DNA of 62,961 nucleotides, counting the filler, from Conidiobolus incongruus B7586 (lineage: Eukaryota), in NCBI GenBank assembly GCA_000697335.1. It is 18 parts of 18 records of this genome, joined end to end, with 100 filler letters (N's around TTAATTAATTAA, not from the genome) between each part and the next. Parts side by side here need not be neighbours in the genome. Positions count along the whole stretch, not along the records: positions 54,024 to 57,154 come from JNEM01003719.1; positions 57,255 to 58,474 come from JNEM01003721.1; positions 58,575 to 61,054 come from JNEM01003722.1; positions 61,155 to 62,961 come from JNEM01003724.1; 14 more parts are not named here. One strand, written 5' to 3'. Position 1 is the stretch's first letter. Every line of letters begins with the position of its first letter. A program made the translations under genes and the position numbers. Below are positions 54,001 through 62,961 of the stretch, in pieces. The notes below the pieces were generated by a model, which saw only the letters and a list, made by a program, of their open reading frames with translations, was not told the DNA's origin and made no database searches.

Positions 54001-57000
54001 NNNNNNNNNNNNNNNNNNNNNNNTATATTATTTTAATTATTTATTTTATATATTAAACTATTATAAAATGGTTATTTATTCTTAACCAACATAATTTATT
54101 AACTTTTAAATTTAACTATTTGAAAGAATAACTGAATTAACCTAATATCATATATTATAGAATTAATAATTCAATTATTAATTATATTATGATATGTACC
54201 TTAAATCTATATTATCAATATTCAAATTATTTTTTTTTGATTTCCTTATTTCAGTATTTTTATAAAATTTAATAACAAAATAAATCATATACTTTATTAT
54301 ATATATTTATACCATCACCATATTTGATTTCAACATTAATATATATTTTATTTATTATAACATATATTGAAAAAATTAATTCATCTTGATTTTTATTTTT
54401 TTGATATATAATATTCCAATTTTTAGATTTAAACTATATAATATTTGAATAAATAAATGAAATATCTCTATTTAATATTAAAACAAAGTCATAATCCAAA
54501 TTTAATAATCAAAAGATTATCATAAAATATTTGGATTATTTTATTGAATAATTGTACTAAGTAAAATATTTAAAATTCATTAATATTATTACTTTTGTTT
54601 TCAAATTTCAATTAAAATTTCATTCAATTGTTTATATTAATGAAACAAATAAAATTGAATTATTTTTTATCAAATCTAATTTTATAATTGATTGTTATTT
54701 TAATTTAATTATTTATCAAATTAAGATTTTGTACTTCCTATTATTACTCAAAACAAATAATATAATTTTTATTTTAATTTCAAAACAACTTGGATAATTC
54801 ATTAATAACCTAAATAACTATTTGAAAATCAAATAATTTAAATTTTTAATAGTAATAATATTTATTTCAATATAATTTTTCATATTGTTTTCTTATAATT
54901 GATTTTAATATAATATGATATTTTGTAAATTATATGACAATTTTAAATTTTGGAAATATATATTATTATGATAAATATATACTTTAAACTATGTTTAAAT
55001 AACATTTATAGTGTTATTTTATAATTATTTATTTCATTATCAAAATCAAATTATAAATTTAATAACAATTTTAATTATTTGTATCATAAATTATTTCATT
55101 ATTATTTTTCAGTTTTGATAATATTTTTGTGATTAAAACTTTATGCTCTATATAATTAGAGGAATATTAAAAACCATCAAATAAATCAAAAACTCGGTAT
55201 ATTAAGTTTTAAAATATAAGTGTCAATATTGATAAATAGGTGGAAAAAATATTCAAAATCATTTTAATACAATTATAGTTCTTGAATTGAAATAATGATT
55301 CAATTTGAATTACATATAAATAAATAATAATAGAATTTATGATATCAAATATATATATTTATTCTTTTCGAAGAAATTATAAATTGTTAAAACAATTTGA
55401 ACTAATTTGTAGAATTTATAAATATATATTTAATATTATTATTCAACTAAATTTGCAATAAATAATTAACCAAATTTGGAGTTTTAATGATCATTAATAT
55501 TGTAATATATTGACATTGATATTAAATTAATTAAATTTATATTTAAAGTAAACTTTACAGTATATTCAAAATCAGGTTTATTTAAAAATATTATGAAATA
55601 TAGTATTCATATTCAATGATTTATATTGATATTTTAATTACTTTATAAATTACAAAATTATTCATGATAAAATCTCTTTATATAGTGTATTTATATTTGA
55701 AATAGTATATTATTTGATCATAAAATCAACTTATATATTGATTATCTCATTATTTTTTTTCAATTTATTATATTTTATTGGAGTAGTTATTTGATATATT
55801 TTCATAATAAAACCAATACATCCAAAAATCAATATCTGATTTTATTTATAAATTATACCATATACTCATTATGTCTTGTGTTTTAAAAATATAAAGTTCA
55901 ACTTAATAATAACACTTATTAATAATTTTTTTTGATTTTATAATATTATAATTGAATATGGATAAATAGAAAATATATTGATTGGATATTTTAATTAATA
56001 TGGATCATTGAATATTAATAATAGTTATGCATATATATCATGCATAATATTTTAATAATTTGTATTTTTTAATTATATGATTCTTAATATTTTCTGATTT
56101 TTTGCTTAAACAATTTTATGAATAAATTACGAATCTAAATTAATAGATATTCTTCAATATAATAAATAAATAATTAATTATAGAATATTTAGAGAAAAAT
56201 GATTATTGGTAATATTATTGTATAAAAGTACAGTTATAGTTAATTTTTAATTTACAGATATATTGAAATAGGTATTCAAAAAATAAATATATATAATAAA
56301 AATTTTTTATAAATTTTATAAAAATATATATTGTATAAATTTAATAAAATACAAATTTTTAGATTTAATTATTGATAAATTATAAATTACAAGGTTAATT
56401 TAATAATTCTTTTTTAATAATCAAAATAATTATCGTAGTACATTCTTTTATAATTATATAAAATATTAAATACCAAATTTTGTCAATTAATTAAAGTTAT
56501 AAAAGATATTGATTTATTTTCATATGGTTTAATATATCTTTTTTAAATATATATATTAAATAAATGAATTCAAAAAAATAGTCAATATTATTATAATATT
56601 ATTATAATATTGATTATATCAATTATTTGAATTTAAAATACAGTTCATTAATTATATAACTATCAAAGTAAATATTAAATTTTCAACATAATATTTGTAA
56701 ATTGAATATTATACATAATATTTTATTCAATACATTATTTTAAGTCGATATAAAATGAAAATTTCTATAAGTGCAATTTGATCTTAATTTATTTTTTCTT
56801 TATATTTTAAATATTTAATTTCAAATAAAAATATTAATAATTAAATTAAGCAATATTTTATAAAGTTTGATTATATTATCAATTTATTTGTTAGCTATTT
56901 GAATTTTTTTTAAAATAATAAACGGACTATATTTATTTTATTATAATTTTAAGAATTAATATTATATTTTTACATTTTTAAAATTAAATATCTAAATAAT

Positions 57001-57254
57001 AATGGATGTGAATATCTTTTAAATAGTATTACAAATAAATTCTAACTTGTTTATTTTTAATTTATTTAAAATAATAAAATCAAATTCAAAAAATTAAAAT
57101 AATAAAATATTATACATTAATATGTGTTTTTTAATTGAGATATAATTCAATATTNNNNNNNNNNNNNNNNNNNNNNNNNNNNNNNNNNNNNNNNNNNNTT
57201 AATTAATTAANNNNNNNNNNNNNNNNNNNNNNNNNNNNNNNNNNNNNNNNNNNN

Positions 57255-57620
57255 TCAAATTTTAAAGTATATTTTTAAAATTTAAATTTAGTTTTGTTAA
57301 ATATAAAAAGCTAGTTAACATAATATCTTATTAAGTTAAAAAGGTTAAAAAATCAATATATAGATATAATAAAGATTAATATTTTTATCAATATCAAAAC
57401 GTATAAATATATCAATTATTTCCAAAATTTTTTTATTATTAATATATTAAATAATAATTCATTAAATTTAACTGTATTTATTAACTTATAAAAACCAATC
57501 ATTAAGTCAAAATAAAATATTTTTTTTACAAATAACTTAATTAATGATAAAAAACAATATACCAAATTAAAAATTAAATTTAGAGATATTTATTAATATA
57601 AAAAACTATTTCTAATTATA
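57255..57620 (+). mobile_element. Degenerate 3' end of the Tc1-family element
   Basis: Aligns by eye with ~62520-62850 (end of the ORF and start of the right inverted repeat). Boundaries are approximate. Confidence 0.55.
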
Positions 57621-57659
57621 TTTATTCATTAATTAATTAAGATATTAATAATAAAAATA

Positions 57660-58474
57660 TATTTAAGTAATAAATTTATTGGTTTTTGATGATAATAAGA
57701 AAATTAAAACTGAATATATTTACCATTGGCTTTTCTAACTTATTTATTTTATAAGGTATTGAATTAATTAATTATTTATACTAAAAAGGTTTAATTTTAT
57801 TATAAGCTTTTTGAATATATATTTAAAATTAATTTAATTTTTTTTTGTAAAAGAAGTTTTAATTTCTTTTTTAATTAATTTTAAAATAATTTAATTAAGT
57901 TAAAATTAAAAATTAAGAAAATTATTTTATAGTTATTATTTTGTTAATTTTAAGTTATTTAGAAATAAAAACAATAATATAACAAAAGATATTATTTTAT
58001 TAGAAAATAATATCAGATTTATTTAACCTATATTAATTAATAATTATTTTTAATTTAATATTTAAATTACTCTATTATTTTTTAATATTAGTTCCCTAAT
58101 TATTTCTAAAAAAATTCCTTATATCTAAAGATATGATATATTTATAAATAATAGTAAACTAATTATATTATTTTTGGGTTATAATAATATATTAGTAATA
58201 TGGTTGTTTTTTTATATTTTAAAATATTGAGCATTATTATTAAAATATTTAGATTCTATATTAAATTTATTAAAATATTTTCGGTTTTATCAGATTATAT
58301 AGCCTTATTTTAGATAATTTTAATTTAAATTTAATACCGACATTTAAATTATTATTTTAAAATGGGATTATTGTAATTAAATATATTTTTTATAAAAAAA
58401 ATTAGTAATATCTACTCTAATAGAAACTATATATAATAATATTAATATTCATTATTATTATTATATATTTTTAA
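57660..58474 (-). mobile_element. Degenerate Tc1-family copy in inverted orientation, tail-to-tail with the previous fragment
   Basis: The reverse complement gives ...LINSIPYK...RKANGKYIQF* and matches the family blocks taatataggttaaataaatctgatattatttt and tagggaactaatatt. Confidence 0.7.
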
Positions 58475-58574
58475 NNNNNNNNNNNNNNNNNNNNNNNNNN
58501 NNNNNNNNNNNNNNNNNNTTAATTAATTAANNNNNNNNNNNNNNNNNNNNNNNNNNNNNNNNNNNNNNNNNNNN

Positions 58575-59098
58575 AATTATTATAATAAATTATAATGGTA
58601 TATTCTATTTTTATTTAATTTTTGAAGGAAAATCAATTAATAATAAACTTTTTATTATTTATTTAAATAAAATTATATTAATTAATATTTTTAATATAAT
58701 TTGACAAAACTTATTATTTTATATAATAATGATAAAATATATAATTTAAAAGCTATAAAAAATTTACTAATTAAAAATAACTAAAAAAAATACTATATTT
58801 AGTATATTTTTTAGATTATAACTTATATAATTATAATTGCTTTGGTTAATTAAAAAACTAGCTTATAAAAAAAATTACCATTGGAAAATTTAATTAATTT
58901 GTAAAATATTAAATTTTAGTCCTTAATAAAAAAAATATTTTTTAAGTATTAAAAGTTTGCCAAAAATATAACAAAAAGTTATTAATAATAAAAGAGATTT
59001 TTAAATTTATATTATAGATTCATTTTTATATATTATATATTAAAATATTTATTTATTTTTAATCACAAAAAATTCCTATTATTTAAAATAAAGTAATA
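58575..59098 (+). mobile_element. Mariner 3' half with TIR, hypermutated
   Basis: EGKSINNKL...YFLDYNLYNYNCFG*LKN*L. Ends ttcctattatttaaaataaagtaaTA. Confidence 0.88.
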
Positions 59099-61154
59099 AT
59101 ATCAAATATTCTTTTATCTTAAAAATCATTATTAATTTGAAAAATTTTGAAAATTTGAAAATATAAAATCAATACTGTTTTAAAGTAATTATATTATAAA
59201 TATTTGATAATTGAGTAATAACTTAAATAATTATACTAACCAAAACAATATTATTGTTATAATCCATCAATCATTTATTTATTTCTAATCAAATAACAAT
59301 ATAATCAATTACAAAATACTTTCAGTTTTAAATTGATTATATCATAATCATAAACATTAATTCAAAATCAAATAAAACCGGAAAATTAATAGGGAATATT
59401 CATTACATAATACTTTAGAAAAATTATAATTAGTAAAAATTCTTAACTATTGTTCTGATTCTTTAATTTATCTATATCTTCAAGGATATTTGGTATATTA
59501 TTAAATTTAACAAAATTGGAAAAATGGAATAATTATTAAATTTTTTTATATTTAAATAATTAAGTATTAAAATATATAATATCTAAAATTATAATAATCA
59601 ATATATACTGTATAATTATATTTTCATTATATATTAAAATAAAATTATACTTAGCTTAAATTATATTTAATAAATTAAATTGAAATCAATAAATAATAAG
59701 ATTTATTTTCAAAATGACTAAGTCATTTTGAATATTTTAAATTTATATAAATATAAATATTATTAGATATTTATTTGTTTAACATGCATCTTTGATAAAA
59801 ATATATTTTTGATTTTGAATCGTGGATGGTATAAATTATTTCATTTCCTCTTTATAATTTTATGCGATTAATAATAAAAAAATCAAATTAATTAATACTG
59901 AATTAAAATGGCTTAATACAAATTATTTTTAATTCATATCTTTATTTCTAATTTAGAATATTTTTGAGTAACAATTTAAAAACGCAATGATTAAAATATT
60001 CGTACTAAGTCTATTCGAATGTTGTATACTTAATAATGATATTCATAAATTCAAAATGACATATATTATCAATCAGAGCTTATATTCTAATTAAATATCT
60101 ATTTAAAAAGTTAGAATCAAATTTGCATGATCAAGGATTTATGGTAAATAGTTTTCCGCAAAATATTATAATGATGTATTAGTAAAGCACAATATTATTA
60201 AATTTAATAATAATAGTAATTTGGTTTTAATTTATCAAAAAATATTATTCAACAAAAAATTAACAATTGTGATTGGTAGTATATAATTTTTTTGACCAAG
60301 ATATTTAGTTGAAATCAAATATTTTAATAATTCTAGTATTGTTATTTTCATTTTCTTTACCTTTTATAGTATCATATCATATCATATCATTATTATAAAT
60401 TTCACATAATTTCATAATACTAATAATAATTAAATAAAATTTATATTAATAAAAATGGAAATAATATCTTAATATCAAATTATTAATAATATTTTATCAT
60501 TTTTAGATTCCGACTAAATATAGTAGTCGAACTATCCAGTTTTTCACATATATAATATATTTATAAAATTATTAATCTATTTTTTATTTTTTTTATTTAA
60601 TTCGTTCAAATATTTGATTTTTTGATATTGATTTCAAAAATTATGTTTCAAAAATAAAGGGTTTTTTGAAAATTAGAATTAAATTCTAATAAGAATATTA
60701 CTCTCATTATTTTTGTAATTTAAGTTTATAAACAAAAAAAGTTTTTAACGAAATATAATACTTTAAGCATTTTAAATTTGAATATTATATTGGAAAACTA
60801 ATGATCTTAACATTGCAATATGTATCAAGTTTCTATATTATAATAAATTAAAAAATGATTAAATTTGTTATTTATTGTTGGTTTCAATTTTAATGATATT
60901 AATTTATAGATTATAAAATATTAATTCGATTTTCAATATGAAAAATGGCAAATTATTAATTTTGGAATTATTATATATATATTTATTAATATTAACATTT
61001 TGTTTAAAAAATAAGAATATCAAAATAACCTTTGGTTAATAGATTTATTATAATNNNNNNNNNNNNNNNNNNNNNNNNNNNNNNNNNNNNNNNNNNNNTT
61101 AATTAATTAANNNNNNNNNNNNNNNNNNNNNNNNNNNNNNNNNNNNNNNNNNNN

Positions 61155-61229
61155 TTTATTTTTATTTAATATATATCAAAATGTTAATATATTTTAAATT
61201 ACAAATAATTCCCATTATTTAAAATACCA
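61155..61229 (+). mobile_element. Mariner 3' terminal remnant
   Basis: TIR-like aattcccattatttaaaat preceded by a subterminal-like sequence, directly after a gap. Confidence 0.5.
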
Positions 61230-61306
61230 CAAAATAATAAAAGTTAATATTCTTATTAATAGTTTATTAAATATATCTAAATAAATTTTTTTAATATTAA
61301 ATAATA

Positions 61307-62884
61307 TATATTAACTTGCAAAAATAAGTTAGAAAATTAAATATATATATATATTTTAATTAATAACTAATATAATTTTATATATTAGATTACTTGAAAT
61401 TATAATATATAACTAAAATATATTATTTGATAATAAATGAATATATTTAGATATATTTAGTAAACTATTAGCAAAAATATTAACCTTTAAAATTTAACTA
61501 AAATAAGTCATAAATTTGCAAATTTTTGAGATAAAGGGATTTATTTAACAATATATAACCATATCTTTTTTCTTTCTTTGTTATTGTTTTATATAATATT
61601 TTACAAATTTATTAAACTTTTTTTATTAGTATTATTATGCTTAAATCCCTCTTTAAAAAAAATCTACTTATATATCAATCAATTTTATAAAAAAGATAAA
61701 TCAACTTATGATATTACTAGAATTATTAGTGTTAGCTAGTCTATTATAGCTAGGGTTATTAAGAATAACAATAAAAACACATTTAAACTTAGACTTAGGT
61801 ATATTAAAATCATAGATGAATATGATAAGAAGTATATTTATTAGTTAATTAATACAGGTAAATGTAATATTACTGTAGAAATATAGCAGGAACTATAAAA
61901 CTATGCAGGAATATTAGTTAGCATTAATACTATTATATGTACTTTATATTAGTATAGATACCACTTATATCTTAAGAAAAAACACCCTTTAACTAAAAAA
62001 ATCTTATTATATAATTAGGTGGGAGTTTAAATATTACTATTAATATTAATCTAAAACTAATTAAAATAAGGTTATTTAGTCTAATGAAACAAAAATATAT
62101 TTTAATAAATCTAATAAAAAAGCTAGATATTTTAAAAAAGATAGAAAATTATTTTGTGACTATTATATTAATTCTAACTAAAATTATAATAATAGGTTAA
62201 TTATTATTTAAGGATATATATTATCTTTAAGTATAAAGTATCTTTGTAAAATTAATAGGGGAATTAATACTGAGATATATTAAAATATTTTAAACAATAA
62301 ATCAAAAAAACTATTGAATAATATAAGTTAAATAAATCTGATATTATTTTCTAGCAAGATAATACCTTTTGCTATATTATAGCTTTTACTATTAAATAGC
62401 TTAAAAATAATAAAATAACAGTTATAAAGTGGTTTTCTCAATTTTTTAACTTTACCCAAACAAATATCTTTGGGATTAATTAAAAAAAGATATTAAAGCT
62501 TTCCCTTTAATAAAAATATAGATCAACTTTAGGAATATATTTAAAAAACATAGAATAAGATTAACCCTTTTTAATATAAAAAATTAATTAATTCTATACC
62601 CCACAAACTTAAAGAAGTTAGAAAAGCTAAAGATAGATACACTAGGTTTTAATTTTTTTTATCACCAAAAACTTACAAATTTATAACTCACTTTAGGTAA
62701 AATTTAAGTGTTTATATTTTAACCAATTAATAACTAAATATTATAATTTAATAATATATATTATTAATAAATATAATAGAATTTGATTATTTAATTTAGG
62801 ATTATGACATTAAATATTAATCAAGGTATTAATAAAAATATAAATGTTTTTAATTTTATGACTTATTTTTACAGGTTAGTATAT
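61307..62884 (+). mobile_element. Full-length Tc1-family (DD34E) element with IR/DR ends; best-preserved copy, still hypermutated
   Basis: ATG at 61637 (MLKSL...), then KVI*SNETKI (~62068-62097), III*GYI, LCKINRGINTEIY*NIL, IIF*QDNTFCY (~62343-62375), KWFSQ, and end RKAKDRYTRF* (~62652). Left tattaacttgcaaaaataagttagaaaatt is the inverse of right aattttatgacttatttttacaggttagtata. An inner repeat aaaataagtcataaatttgca lies at ~61500. Confidence 0.9.
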
Positions 62885-62961
62885 TTAAATTATATATTAT
62901 AATTTCAGTTAATTTAATATATATAACTATATTAGTTATTAATCAAAATATATATATATTT

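Noticed and set aside
60505..60542. CGACTA..TAGTCG hairpin as a Helitron 3' end
   Set aside because: Short stem, no proper CTRR terminus, and no second copy in the window.

Overview
Eukaryotic, fungal scaffold that is extremely AT-rich. The fungal call rests on a Zn2Cys6 gene and on short AT-rich GT-AG introns. The composition would fit an early-diverging lineage such as Entomophthoromycotina, but that is inference only. The scaffold is broken by 17 artificial ~100-nt gap spacers (N-TTAATTAATTAA-N). Five intact genes are present: an intronless secreted GH5 exo-1,3-beta-glucanase, an intron-rich EDEM/Htm1-type GH47 mannosidase with a PA domain, an intronless GNAT acetyltransferase, an intron-rich Irc3-like DExH helicase and an intronless Zn2Cys6 transcription factor. 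A decayed tandem paralogue of the Zn2Cys6 gene lies downstream. Much of the apparent AT 'junk' is decodable as transposon relics: about 12 copies or fragments of a ~1.28-kb D,D34D mariner, 4 of a ~1.57-kb DD34E Tc1 element with long IR/DR ends, and 2 probable Ty3/Gypsy pol remnants. Their conserved motifs are destroyed almost entirely by C->T/G->A transitions, very often CpA->TpA (TpG->TpA), while neighbouring single-copy genes are intact. This is the signature of a RIP-like, repeat-directed hypermutation system and is the most interesting signal in the window. A short structured 233-bp insert flanked by an exact 16-bp direct repeat sits just upstream of the GNAT gene. All alignments were read by eye; no statistics or database searches were run.
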